Program-made: the position numbers and the translations under genes
NCBI GenBank assembly: GCA_041687695.1
Contig: JAWLBL010000006.1
Coordinates: 32,001 to 96,000 of the forward strand
Direction: 5' to 3'
DNA from: Myxococcota bacterium
GTDB lineage: Bacteria; Myxococcota_A; UBA9042; PHBI01; JAWLBL01
DNA length: 64,000 nt
Notes under the pieces: generated by a model
Told to the model about the DNA's origin: nothing
The model's input: only the letters and a program-made list of their open reading frames with translations
Database searches by the model: none
Shown here: piece after piece, positions 51,121 through 61,094 of the stretch
Position numbering within the stretch: position 1 is the first letter of the stretch
How the letters are laid out: each line of letters begins with the position of its first letter

Positions 51121-52407
51121 ATGTCAGCCCTCACCTGGTCCCTCGAGGTCCTGTTGTCGACCGCCCTGTCGCTGCTGGGCGGCGCCGGGGACGCCAAGCC
51201 GGCGCCCGCTGCGCCCGCGGCCCGCGCCGTCGAGGCCGCGGTGTGTGGCGAGCGCAGCCCCTGCCGGGCCGTCGGCGTGCACGCGGCGGGGCAGGGCGCC
51301 AGGAAGCAGCCGCTGTGGGTGGCCGAGGTGGCGCTGCACGACCGCGAGGGCGAGGACTGGAAGCAGCCCGATCTGCAGGACTGCGCGTCCTGGGAGGTCT
51401 GGCTGCTGGAGGGGCCGGCCGGCAAGCCGCGCGCGACGCAGAAGCTGCTGGCGCTGTGCAACGACGGCTACGGCGCGGCCATGATGGGCGAGGACGTCCT
51501 CGAGGTGGGGCCCAACCGGCTGACGCACACGCAGCACGGCGGCTCGAACTGGCGGTGGTCGACCACCAAGGCGCTGCGGCTTTCGCCGCTGGCGCTGCTC
51601 GAGGAGCGCTCGGAGGGGAGGTGGACGGTCGGGCCCAACGAGGAGACGCAGCGCTGGAGCTGGGCCGAGGCGCGCGGTGACGTGAGCTGGGCGGCTCCGG
51701 TCTGCCGTGATGACGGCACGATGCCCGAGCCGGTCGAAGGGGCCGCGCTGCCGCGTCATCGGTATGAGACGCTGCCGCGGGTCGACCTGGCGCGCGAGGT
51801 GGTCGAGGGCGGCTGGAAGGAGCTGGGCCTGGGGACCTGCGCGCTGCGGCTGGACGCGTCCGAGCGCCGCGGGTTCGTTTTGGATCCCACCGCGCCCGCC
51901 GCCACGCCGGGCGACGGCGCGCTGCGGGCCCTGATGGTCGACGGGACGACCCTGCTGCTCGAGGTGACCGACGACGCGCTGACCTCGGCCAAGGCCGACG
52001 ATCGCGACCAGATCGAGGTCTACCTGGGCCCGCAGCTCGGCTTCTCGGACCACTGCGTCGACCCGCAGGCCCGCGTCCACCGCTTCATCGTCGATCTGGC
52101 GACCGGCGACGTCCGCGGCGACGGCGCCCTGCCGCGGGTCGAGCGGCACGTCGCCAAGGCCGGCAAGGGCGTGGCGGTGCGCCTGAAGGTCACGCTGCCC
52201 GAGGAGATCGGCAACCTGACCCTGGTCCACGTCGACGCCGACCCCGGCGAGCACCCGCGCCGCGTCGCCTCGAGCGCCCTCGACCCGCTGTCGGCGGCCA
52301 CGCTCGGCGGCTGGCGTCACCTGGGCGACGCCAGGTGCGTGCCCCGCAAGGGCCAGCTGACCCTCCAGCCTCCCGGACCGGCGGGTCGCGACACGCCGGC
52401 CCTCTGA
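51121..52407 (+). CDS. Hypothetical secreted protein
   Basis: ATG at 51121, N-terminal hydrophobic segment, paired Cys residues. Confidence 0.65.
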   Translation: MSALTWSLEVLLSTALSLLGGAGDAKPAPAAPAARAVEAAVCGERSPCRAVGVHAAGQGARKQPLWVAEVALHDREGEDWKQPDLQDCASWEVWLLEGPAGKPRATQKLLALCNDGYGAAMMGEDVLEVGPNRLTHTQHGGSNWRWSTTKALRLSPLALLEERSEGRWTVGPNEETQRWSWAEARGDVSWAAPVCRDDGTMPEPVEGAALPRHRYETLPRVDLAREVVEGGWKELGLGTCALRLDASERRGFVLDPTAPAATPGDGALRALMVDGTTLLLEVTDDALTSAKADDRDQIEVYLGPQLGFSDHCVDPQARVHRFIVDLATGDVRGDGALPRVERHVAKAGKGVAVRLKVTLPEEIGNLTLVHVDADPGEHPRRVASSALDPLSAATLGGWRHLGDARCVPRKGQLTLQPPGPAGRDTPAL

Positions 52408-52647
52408 AAGTTCCGGGACCGCCACGCAGCCTCTCTCCTGCGCGGCCCTGCGAAGCCGTGACGCCCGGCGGCCACGGCGACGTCGCCCGCAGCCCCGAGG
52501 GCATGCTCCACGCCCTGCGCTTCCTGCCGACCTGGGCCGCCGGTCGGGGTCCAACCCTCCTGGCCCCCTGCGCCGAGCTCGGCACGCCGCCCCGGTGACC
52601 TCGCGGCGTCCTTTGCGTCCGAGCGCGCACGCTCCTATGCTCGCGCC

Positions 52648-53499
52648 GTGACGTCGACGTCTTCCGCACCCCCCCTCTCGCGCCCCATCGCGGCGCTCAC
52701 CATCGCCGGCAGCGACTCGGGCGGCGGCGCCGGCGTCCAGGCCGATCTCCGCACCTTCGCCGCCCACGGCCTGCTGGGCTGCACGGCCATCACCGCCATC
52801 ACCGCCCAGAACACCGTGGGCGTGCAGCGCGCCGACGCCCTGGACCCGTCGCTGGTCGTCGCCCAGATCGACTCGGTCCTCGCCGACCTGCCCGTGCGCG
52901 CCGCCAAGACCGGCATGCTGGCCAACGTCGCCATCGTGCAGGCGGTCGTGGCCGCCCTGGCGCGCCACCCGCGCCTGCCGGTCGTCGTCGACCCGGTCTG
53001 CGTGTCCAAGCACGGCCACCCGCTGCTCACCGACGACGCGCTCGTCGCCCTGCGGTCCGAGCTGCTGCCGCGCGCGACGGTCATCACGCCGAACCTGCCC
53101 GAGGCCGCGGCCCTGCTGGGCGTCGCCGCCATCGACGACCCGGCCGAGGCCGCCGACGCCCTGGCCGCGCTGGTCACCGGCGCCGGCCCGCCGCCCACCG
53201 TCGTGCTCAAGGGCGGCCACCGCGAGAACACGCCCGTCAGCTGCGATCTCGTGCGCCTGCCCGACGGCCGCCGCGTCTGGCTGGACGCTGCGCGCATCAC
53301 GACCCGCTGCGATCACGGCACCGGCTGCACCCTGTCGGCCGCCATCGCCGCCCACCTCGCGCTCGGCCATCCCATCGAGGAGGCCATCCGACGCTCCAAG
53401 CGCTACCTGACCGGCGCCCTCCGCCACGCGCGCCCCGTGGGCAAGGGCCACAGCCCGGTCGACCACCTCTGGCAGCTGCAGCGCGCCGACGACGAGTGA
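52648..53499 (+). CDS. thiD: Hydroxymethylpyrimidine/phosphomethylpyrimidine kinase
   Basis: LTIAGSDSGGGAGVQADL, TAQNT, KTGML, VVDPV, TPNLPEA, KGGH, HGTGCTLSAAI. Confidence 0.95.
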   Translation: MTSTSSAPPLSRPIAALTIAGSDSGGGAGVQADLRTFAAHGLLGCTAITAITAQNTVGVQRADALDPSLVVAQIDSVLADLPVRAAKTGMLANVAIVQAVVAALARHPRLPVVVDPVCVSKHGHPLLTDDALVALRSELLPRATVITPNLPEAAALLGVAAIDDPAEAADALAALVTGAGPPPTVVLKGGHRENTPVSCDLVRLPDGRRVWLDAARITTRCDHGTGCTLSAAIAAHLALGHPIEEAIRRSKRYLTGALRHARPVGKGHSPVDHLWQLQRADDE

Positions 53500-53514
53500 G
53501 CCCGCGCGGCGTCC

Positions 53515-54219
53515 TCAGCGGCCCCGCAGCTCGCGCAGCCGCATCTGCACGATCTCGCCCAGGACGTGCCGGATGCGGCGCAGGTTCGCGACCTTGCTGT
53601 GGCCGTGCAGGCGCGGCTGCGCCTCGATCTGCACGACGGCGTGGGGCGTCCGCAGCCGCAGCGCGCGGATGGGCAGCTCGAGGTTGACGAAGAAGCTGTC
53701 CGAGCGCAGCGGGCCGACCCGGTCGAGCAGCTCGCGCCGGAACATCATCGTGCCCGTGAAGTCGCCGCGCTGGCCGGTCATCAGCCGCACCGTCGTCTGG
53801 AACCCGCGCGACAGCACGGCGCGGCCCAGGCCGTCGTCGCGCTGCCGGTAGGTCGACAGGACCAGATCGCTGGTCGCCATGTGCGGGAAGAAGCGCAAGA
53901 AGACGCGCGGGTCGATCTGGCAGTCGGCCGGCAGCTGGGTCACCCAGCGGCACCGCGCCGCGGCGTAGCCGGAGCGGATGGCGGCGCCCATGCCTCGGTT
54001 GACGCCGTGGTGCAGCGCGGTGATGTGCTCGGGGTCCTGCGTCATGTACGCGTCGGCGATGACCCCGGTGCGGTCGGTCGACCCGTCGTCGACGATGACG
54101 ATCTGCCAGTCGGCCGTGTGCTCGCGCAGGAAGTCGCGCGTGCGCTCGACCTGGACGGGCAGGTTGTCCTCCTCGTCGAGCGCCATGATGACCACGGTGA
54201 GACTGATGGGTTCGGCCAC
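53515..54219 (-). CDS. Glycosyltransferase family 2
   Basis: IVIVDDGSTDRT, NRGMGAAIRSG. Confidence 0.88.
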   Translation of the reverse strand: MAEPISLTVVIMALDEEDNLPVQVERTRDFLREHTADWQIVIVDDGSTDRTGVIADAYMTQDPEHITALHHGVNRGMGAAIRSGYAAARCRWVTQLPADCQIDPRVFLRFFPHMATSDLVLSTYRQRDDGLGRAVLSRGFQTTVRLMTGQRGDFTGTMMFRRELLDRVGPLRSDSFFVNLELPIRALRLRTPHAVVQIEAQPRLHGHSKVANLRRIRHVLGEIVQMRLRELRGR

Positions 54220-54290
54220 CCGGCACCTCCGCCGCCACCATCGAGGCGGCGGAGGCGGGTGTCAAGGCTGGCGCAAGGCGCCGTCGTCAC

Positions 54291-55505
54291 TCAGGTTCCG
54301 CGCAAGATGGCGGCGACGCCCGAGTCCGCGGGCAGCCGCCCCGGCGGCACGACGACGACCTCGGCGCCGTGCAGGACCGCCTGCTCGGCCAGCTCGTCGA
54401 TGAGCTCCACCGAGTCCTGGGTCGGGCCGCTCCGGCCGTCGCCCAGCACCTCGAGCGTGCCCATCTCGGTGTCGTAGCGGCCCCAGTACTGGCGCCCGCG
54501 CTCCATGATGAGCATGCGGATCTGGTTGGCGACGAGCAGCTGCCCGATGCTGGCCAGGTCCGTCTCGAGCTTGCCGCGCCCGAAGCCCACCTCGAAGTGC
54601 TTCAGCGCGCGCTCGACGAGGGCGTCGCGCTGGCGCTTGGCGATGGGCCAGGCCTGCTCGTGCAGCTGCGCCGTGGACCACCGCTCGACGTTGGCGCGCA
54701 CGGCCTGGTCGGCCAGGTTCTCGATGGAGCAGACCTCGCGGAACAGCGGCTCGTTGATGTCCACCGTCGCCAGGATGAGCGGCCCACGCTCGTCGCGCAG
54801 CAGCTCCTGCACGCCGTCGGCGACCATCCGGAAGAACTTCTTGCGCTCGACCTTGTCGTCGTCGTCGCCATAGCCCTGGCCGTTGTAGATGACGCCCTTG
54901 CCGACCGCCCAGCTTCCGCGCCCCCCGTGCTCGGTGGACGACACGGCGCCCGTGCCGCGGAAGTCCAGCGCGTCCTGCGCGACGGCGTACCCCAGCGCCT
55001 CTTTGAGCGAGCGCGGGACGCCGGCGAGATCGATGGGCCAGCAGCCGCCCTGGTTGCCCTCGTACAGGCGCACCGCGCCCTGGCTCAGGGCCAGGACCCA
55101 GTAGCGCTCGGGCGACTGCAGGTACTCGATGAGCGGCCGCGTGTGGAAGTTGTCGTTGATGGCGACGCGGTCCTCGAACCGGACGGGCAGGCCGTAGACC
55201 CGGAAGAAGTCGGGGCCGCGGAAGATGCACAGCCCCTCGGTCGTGTGGGCGCGCCAGAACGCAACGTCGTCGACCAGCCGCGCGATGGGCTCGATGAGCG
55301 CGGCCGTGGTCCGCTTGTCGAGCTGCCCGGCGAGCTGACGCTCGGCCTGCTCGACGAGGCCCCGCAGGCGGAGCCGCTCCTCGGGCATGTGCTGCTGGTC
55401 CCGCTCCGTCCGCAGGTAGATGGAGATGGCCGGCCCGACGGCCTCCTGGCCGGAGACCCGCTCGTCGAGGAGCTCCCTCAAGTGTTCTTGTCCGAAGTAG
55501 TCCAT
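54291..55505 (-). CDS. Bacterial aeRF1-like protein (baeRF family)
   Basis: ISIYL, FHTRPL, YWVLALSQGAVRLYEG, PLILA, IDELAEQAVLHGAEV, VAAILR. ATG at 55505 with AAGGAGG upstream. Confidence 0.8.
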   Translation of the reverse strand: MDYFGQEHLRELLDERVSGQEAVGPAISIYLRTERDQQHMPEERLRLRGLVEQAERQLAGQLDKRTTAALIEPIARLVDDVAFWRAHTTEGLCIFRGPDFFRVYGLPVRFEDRVAINDNFHTRPLIEYLQSPERYWVLALSQGAVRLYEGNQGGCWPIDLAGVPRSLKEALGYAVAQDALDFRGTGAVSSTEHGGRGSWAVGKGVIYNGQGYGDDDDKVERKKFFRMVADGVQELLRDERGPLILATVDINEPLFREVCSIENLADQAVRANVERWSTAQLHEQAWPIAKRQRDALVERALKHFEVGFGRGKLETDLASIGQLLVANQIRMLIMERGRQYWGRYDTEMGTLEVLGDGRSGPTQDSVELIDELAEQAVLHGAEVVVVPPGRLPADSGVAAILRGT

Positions 55506-55701
55506 GCGCTCGGCCTCCTTCACGAGTGGTCGGGTCAGCGAGGGTGCGCTTCGGCCGGTCCCTCCCGGCAGGAGACACCTTAGGAACGCGGGCGGCGAGG
55601 TCAGCCGGGGCGAGGTCTCGCGGCCCCGTGGGTGGCCAGGGTCACGGGCCGGCGGGGCGCGCCGATTGTGGCGGCCGCCCGGGGTCGGGTAGCATCGAGG
55701 C

Positions 55702-56811
55702 ATGCGAAGCCGATGGGTGGTCTTTGGGGGCCTCGTCGCGGGGCTCGGGCTGGTGGCGTGCGCGGCGCCCGACGGATGGGGTGGGCCCGGGACGCGGGTC
55801 GGCGGGCTCTGCGATCCCGTCGACGGCGGCGCGGCGGACGCTGGGAGCGACGCCAAGGTCAGCCAGGACGCGGGTGCCGACGTCACAGGGCCGCCCCCAG
55901 AGGTCTGGGTCGCGCCCCCGCTGCCGCCGTGCGACGCGGCCTGCGACCGGGTGGTGCGGTGCGCGGTGGACGGCTGCGAGGGGTTCTCGTGGGTGAACGC
56001 CGGGGCCCTGACCGAGCAGTGCCTGGACACCTGCGGCGCCGGCTTGTCGGCCGAGGTCGAGGCGGCCGCGGACTGCGGGGCGGTGCTGGACGCGGCGCGG
56101 ACGCGCATGTCGGGCTTCGAGGCGGCCTGCGAGCGCGACCCGTGCCTCGAGGCCTGCGAGCACTTCGCCGGCTGCATCACGCAGGAGTGCGAGGCCGTCG
56201 GGGCCGACTTCGCGGTGCAGATGAAGCTGGGCTGCCATCAGGGCTGCACGCCGGCGCAGGCCGAGCAGATCCTGGCCGTGACGTCCTGCGAGACCCTGGT
56301 CGGCTACGTAGAGGCCGACTCGCCGGACTTCGCGCAACAGTGCCACGGGCCGCCGCCCTCCGGGACCTGCGCGGGGCCGGAGCTGTGCGAACCCTACGCC
56401 GACAAGGTGGCCGCCTGCATGGTCGACCACTGCGGCGATCCGATGGCGCCGTGGGAGGACGGCCTGCGCGCGGCGCTGCGGTCGTACTGCCTCGAGGCCG
56501 CCGATTGCCCGCCTCCGGCCGCGGTCGCCTACGTCGTGAGCGAGGCGGTGACCTGCGACACGGCGCCGCTGGACGAGGTCGGCCCGGCGCCGCCCTTCAC
56601 GGCGATGTGCGAGGGGACGGTCGGGGCGACGGCGGCCGAGCTCGAGGCCGGCTGCGCCAAGATCCTGGCGTGCCCCGGGGGCGAAGGGCTGGGGAGCGCC
56701 GAGGCGTGCTCGGTGCTGCTGGCGATGCAGCCGGGGGCCGGGACGCGCGCGGCTTGCCTGCTCGAGGCCGAGGGCTGCCCGGCCGTCTACGCGTGCCTGG
56801 AGGGGCTGTGA
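55702..56811 (+). CDS. Cys-rich lipoprotein
   Basis: Lipobox LVAC; repeated CxxxC helical motifs; TGATG-coupled to the CotH gene. Confidence 0.75.
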   Translation: MRSRWVVFGGLVAGLGLVACAAPDGWGGPGTRVGGLCDPVDGGAADAGSDAKVSQDAGADVTGPPPEVWVAPPLPPCDAACDRVVRCAVDGCEGFSWVNAGALTEQCLDTCGAGLSAEVEAAADCGAVLDAARTRMSGFEAACERDPCLEACEHFAGCITQECEAVGADFAVQMKLGCHQGCTPAQAEQILAVTSCETLVGYVEADSPDFAQQCHGPPPSGTCAGPELCEPYADKVAACMVDHCGDPMAPWEDGLRAALRSYCLEAADCPPPAAVAYVVSEAVTCDTAPLDEVGPAPPFTAMCEGTVGATAAELEAGCAKILACPGGEGLGSAEACSVLLAMQPGAGTRAACLLEAEGCPAVYACLEGL

Positions 56812-58229
56812 TGAGGGCGGCCACGTTGCTGCTGGCGGGGTTGGCGCTGGTCGCCTGCGGGTCGGACCCGGCCGGGACCGGGGCCATCGACGTCGTGCCG
56901 GAGCAGGGCCTCGACTGCCCGCCGTCTTCGGGCGCGCCGGTGGTGAGCCTGCCCGAGCCGCCGAAGTTCGGGCCGCCGCGGCCGCCGACGGCTGGGCCCG
57001 GCTATCTGTTCGACGACCTGGCCCCGGTGCGGCGCTTCGACCTGACGGTGGCCGAGGACGACTGGGCCTGGCTGCGTGACCATCCACTCGAGGAGAGCTG
57101 GGTCCCGGCGACGCTGGACCACGCGGGGCAGCGCTTCGAGGGGGCCTCGGTGCGCTTCAAGGGCAGCTACGGGTCTCTGGTCTCGTGCGTCGACGCCGAC
57201 ACCGGCGAGGTGACCTGCCGCAAGCTGTCGCTGAAGGTCAGCTTCAACGAGGCCGACCCCGACGGGCGCTTCCACGGCGTGCGCAAGCTGGTCTTCAACG
57301 CCTGCCAGCGCGACGACACGTGCCTGCGCGAGCGCCTGTCCTACGCGCTGTTCCGCCGGGCCGGCCTGCCCGCGAGCCGCGCCGTCCACGCGCTGGTCAG
57401 CGTCAACGGCGGCCCCGCCAGCCTGTACCTGCTGGTCGAGCACATCGACCGCGAGTGGCTCGAGGAGCGTTACGACGACCCCGACGGCAACCTCTACAAG
57501 GAGGCCTGGCCGCGCGCGACCGACCCGGCGGTCTACCAGGCGAAGCTCGTCACGAACGAGGCAGAGGGTGACGTCTCGCGCCTGGTGGCCTTCGCCAAGG
57601 CGCTGGCCGCGGCCCCGGAGGGCGCCCTCGGCGAGCACCTGTCGCTGTGGATCGACCCCTTCGCCATGGCCCGCTACTTTGTCGTGGACCAGATGACGAA
57701 CAACTGGGACGGCATCTGGAAGTTCTACTGCCAGGGCCCCTACTGCGGGAACCACAACTTCTACCTGTACGACGACCCCTCGTCCCGGCGCTTCGTGGTC
57801 ATCCCCTGGGACCTCGACCACACCTTCAACGTGCCCAACGAGGACATGGCGCGCTCGTGGCTCGACGACAGCCCCGCGGCCTGCCAGATCAAGCCCATCA
57901 ACCTGGGCGTGGGCGTCGGCGTGCAGGCGCCGCAGTGCGACAAGCTGCTGCGCGGGCTGATGCAGACGCAGTGGGAGCAGTACCGCGCGCAGGTCCACCA
58001 GCTGGTGGTCGCCCCGGGGGCGCCGCTGGGCCGCGACGCTCAGCTGGCGCTGCTCGATCGCTACCGCGCGACGATCCTGCCCCACGTCGAGGCCGACCCC
58101 CGCTCGCCGCCGCCGCTGGTGTGGCGCAAGGCGGTCGCCCAGCTGCGCGAGATCGTCGTCGAGCAGACCCGGCAGGCCGAGGCCTTCCTCGAGGACCCGA
58201 TCGCGCCGCCCGCCCCGGTCGCCCCGTGA
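56811..58229 (+). CDS. CotH kinase family lipoprotein
   Basis: VRFKG, SLKVSF, LRERLSY, LYLLVEHID, GNLYK, NWDG, HNFYLY, IPWDLD. Confidence 0.88.
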   Translation: MRAATLLLAGLALVACGSDPAGTGAIDVVPEQGLDCPPSSGAPVVSLPEPPKFGPPRPPTAGPGYLFDDLAPVRRFDLTVAEDDWAWLRDHPLEESWVPATLDHAGQRFEGASVRFKGSYGSLVSCVDADTGEVTCRKLSLKVSFNEADPDGRFHGVRKLVFNACQRDDTCLRERLSYALFRRAGLPASRAVHALVSVNGGPASLYLLVEHIDREWLEERYDDPDGNLYKEAWPRATDPAVYQAKLVTNEAEGDVSRLVAFAKALAAAPEGALGEHLSLWIDPFAMARYFVVDQMTNNWDGIWKFYCQGPYCGNHNFYLYDDPSSRRFVVIPWDLDHTFNVPNEDMARSWLDDSPAACQIKPINLGVGVGVQAPQCDKLLRGLMQTQWEQYRAQVHQLVVAPGAPLGRDAQLALLDRYRATILPHVEADPRSPPPLVWRKAVAQLREIVVEQTRQAEAFLEDPIAPPAPVAP

Positions 58230-58828
58230 CCCGCTTCGAGCGGGCCATCGCGCGCCTCGACGCCGAGCACGCCCAGGACCCGCGCACCGAGGAGGTCCCG
58301 GGCGAGGGCCCCGTCCCCCAGGAGCTGGCCTACGCACGGCGCATGACCGCCTGGCTGGAACGCCTGGCCCCCGACGCGTCCGAGCCGCTGAGGCTGGCCG
58401 TGCGCGCCCAGCACCTGTGCCGCTGGCGCATCCCGCGCGACCGCTTCCCGATGGATCGCGTGGGCTACCTGAGCTGGCGCGCCGAGCTGTCGCGCCTGCA
58501 CGCGGAGCTGGCCGGCGAGCTGCTGGCCGAGGTCGGCTACCCGGCCGAGACCATCGCGCGTGTGCAGGCGCTGGTGCGCAAGCGGCACCTCAGGAGCGAC
58601 CCCGAGGCGCAGCTGCTGGAGGACGCGGCCTGCCTGGTCTTCATCGAGACGGGGCTGGCCGCCTTCGCCGAGGGGCGCGACGAGACACAGCTGCTGGGTG
58701 TTTTGCGCAAGACGTGGGCGAAGATGGGCGAGCGGGGCCGCGCCGAGGCGCTGGCCCTGCCGGTGCCCGAGCCGGTGCGTGCGCTGGTCACGCGGGCGCT
58801 CGCCGAGTCGGACGAGCCGCCCGCGTGA
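58226..58828 (+). CDS. DUF4202 family protein
   Basis: QDP..ELAYARRM, AQHLCRW, GYLSWR, LEDAACLVF, KTWAKM. Confidence 0.8.
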   Translation: MTRFERAIARLDAEHAQDPRTEEVPGEGPVPQELAYARRMTAWLERLAPDASEPLRLAVRAQHLCRWRIPRDRFPMDRVGYLSWRAELSRLHAELAGELLAEVGYPAETIARVQALVRKRHLRSDPEAQLLEDAACLVFIETGLAAFAEGRDETQLLGVLRKTWAKMGERGRAEALALPVPEPVRALVTRALAESDEPPA

Positions 58829-58834
58829 GGTGCG

Positions 58835-59377
58835 TCAGGCCGCGGCCTTGACCGAGGCGTCGTCCGCGCCGGCGGCCGTCGCGCCGCGGGTGAAGACCTG
58901 CGCCAGGTCCCAGGCCGGCCCGGCCAGGAAGGACAGCGGGTCGTCGCTGAAGGCGGGCTTGTTCTTCTCGTAGACCGCGTGGCCGACGATGTTAAGGGCC
59001 CAGCCGCCCGCGAACAGGCCGGCGGACGCGAGCCACGGCGGCGTGTAGGAGGGCGAGGCCAGCAGGCCCACCGCGCCGCCCACGATCATCGGGATGCCCA
59101 CGATGTGCAGCTTGCGGTTGACGTCGTTCTTGTGCTGCGTCTCGTAGAAGTCGATGGCCGCCTTCCAGCGGTCCTTGAGGCCGCCCTGGAACTCGGGGTG
59201 GGCCTTTCGCCAGCGCTTCTCGATGCCGGCCGCGCCCGCGGCGAACATCGCGAGGCCCGCGAGCTTCTGGCCGGCCAGCAGGGCCGCCATGCCGCCGACA
59301 GCGAGGCCGACGCCGACCTTCTCGTTTTCGAGCAGCTTGGTGTTGTTCATGACGAGCCCGAGGAGCTTGTCGCGCAT
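58835..59377 (-). CDS. DUF962 (Mpo1-like) membrane protein
   Basis: HKNDVNRKLHIVGIP, GWALNIVGHAVYEKNKPAF. Confidence 0.8.
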   Translation of the reverse strand: MRDKLLGLVMNNTKLLENEKVGVGLAVGGMAALLAGQKLAGLAMFAAGAAGIEKRWRKAHPEFQGGLKDRWKAAIDFYETQHKNDVNRKLHIVGIPMIVGGAVGLLASPSYTPPWLASAGLFAGGWALNIVGHAVYEKNKPAFSDDPLSFLAGPAWDLAQVFTRGATAAGADDASVKAAA

Positions 59378-59529
59378 GGTCTCTCCTTCAGTCGCACCGG
59401 TGGGAGCGCCCAGCATAGCCGCCGCGCGTCAGACGCCAAGGTCCAGTGGGGAGCGGGCGCGCAAGGCGCCGAGATCACGGCGCCTTGCAAGGAGCGGGCG
59501 TGCCGGCGCGCTGCGGCCGGGCCGATCGG

Positions 59530-59991
59530 TCAGAGCGAGAACTTCACCAGGCGCCAGTCGTTGCCGGCGGCGGGATCGCGCCGGAACTCGATGGGCGCGG
59601 GGTCGGTGAAGCGGTCGACCTTCTTGACGAAGCGCTTGGCGAAGATGCGCAGCTTGGCGTCGTCGGACTCGTCCTTCTTGAGGTAGGCGAACTCGCACTT
59701 GGCGTACAGCCGGGCGAAGTCCTTGCCCTTGCCGCTCGAGCCCCACCAGTAGCGCATCGCGTCGCTGGGGGCGTCCGAGTGCAGGATGGCCTTGAAGCCG
59801 GCCTCGTCGGTGGCGAGCAGGATGCCGCAGAGCTTGGCCGTCAGCGTCTTGGCCTGCGTCTCGCGGGCGTCCTCGGGGGCCGGGGCCGGTTCGGCGGGTC
59901 GCGCCGGCGCCGGCGCGGGCTCGTCGCCAGCGACGGCGGCGCCCGGGGCGAGCAGCAGCGCGAAGGCGAGGCCGGTCAACAGCTTTCTCAT
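59530..59991 (-). CDS. Hypothetical secreted protein
   Basis: ATG at 59991 (MRKLLTG) with GGAGG upstream and a signal peptide. Confidence 0.7.
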   Translation of the reverse strand: MRKLLTGLAFALLLAPGAAVAGDEPAPAPARPAEPAPAPEDARETQAKTLTAKLCGILLATDEAGFKAILHSDAPSDAMRYWWGSSGKGKDFARLYAKCEFAYLKKDESDDAKLRIFAKRFVKKVDRFTDPAPIEFRRDPAAGNDWRLVKFSL

Positions 59992-60130
59992 GGGTTCCTC
60001 CGAGGTCGGCCCGCCAGGGGCGGCGCCGGTGCGTGGGTGGCGAAGGGGGTAGGACAAGAGGGAGCGCCGTCGGCGCGGGCCCTGCGACGCACGATGCGCG
60101 CCGGATATTCGCGCGAGTTGGGCGGTCGTG

Positions 60131-60194
60131 GGTCGTCGGGTCGTCGGGTCGTCGGGTCGTCGGGTCGTCGGGTCGTCGGGTCTTCGGGTCGTCG
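60131..60194 (+). repeat. (GGTCGTCG)x8 microsatellite outside element 2
   Basis: 8-bp period, one variant unit GGTCTTCG. Confidence 0.95.
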
Positions 60195-60280
60195 TTAAGG
60201 CTAGCTTGGAGGGGGGAGGGCGTCTAGTGGGGTGGGGGCGGGGGGGAGAGGTTGGGGGTGGGGGGGAGAGGGATTGGGGG

Positions 60281-60566
60281 GAGGCGCGGTAGCCTCCGCT
60301 TCGGCCGGCATCAAGGGCTTTGTCCCCCTTGGCCGGCCTGACGGCCGGCCAATTCCTCGCGGACGACAAAGCCCTTGACCCCGGCCTACGCTGCGGCTGG
60401 GTGGCTGATATCGGCCCGGAAGGGGGCCTTCCGGGCCGCTTCGCGTCCCGGCGCGGGCACTGGGCGGCGGGTGCTGGGGGAGGTTGGTGGTCGGGAGTTC
60501 CGGGGGGCGGGGCGGTGCTTGGTCGCGTGGGGCTAGGGTGAGGGGAATTAAACGCTTGTGTGATTA
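60281..60566. other. Conserved structured arm (copy 2 left)
   Basis: Near-identical to 42783-43073; stem 60311-60324/60365-60378; preceded by a G-rich tract at about 60208-60280. Confidence 0.7.
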
Positions 60567-60840
60567 GTCGTCCCCGAGGCGGGAGGGCCGGGGTCGTTGG
60601 TCCGGGGCGGAAGCGCGCGGGTCGTCGTCCCGGGGCGGAAGGGCGCGGGTCGTCGTTCCGGGGCGGAAGCGCGCAGGTCATCGTCCCGGGGCGGAAGGGC
60701 GCGGGTCGTCGTCCCGGGGCGGCAAGCGCGCGGGTCGTCGTCCCGGGGCGGGAGCGCGCGGGTCGTCGTCCCGGGGCGGCAAGCGCGCGGGTCGTCGTCC
60801 CGGGGCGGGAGCGCGCGGGTCGCCGTCCCGGGGCGGAAGT
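60567..60840 (-). repeat. Array C: 10 units, 28-29 bp period
   Basis: Cores at about 60572, 60601, 60629, 60657, 60685, 60713, 60742, 60770, 60799, 60827. Confidence 0.93.
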
Positions 60841-61094
60841 CGGGGACAAAAAACGACATCCGGTCGGGGCGAGGAGGCAAATAGTTGTTGACGGAATTTC
60901 AGGGGACGTTTCGGGGGACCCGCGGTCGGCTTGGAGGAGGGGCCGGGAGGCCTCTGGCAGGCTCTACAGCGCGCTGATCGGGGGTGAGGGTCGTCGCGAG
61001 TCGTTCGAGAGGCCTGAACGGCCGTCCAGGGGCTGCTCCGAGGGGATTGAGACCCCCGTGTTATGCTGCAGGCCTCGATTGGGAGGGGTGCGGG

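Noticed and set aside
52408..52647. TPP riboswitch upstream of thiD
   Set aside because: The conserved CTGAGA core and the downstream riboswitch motifs are not present.
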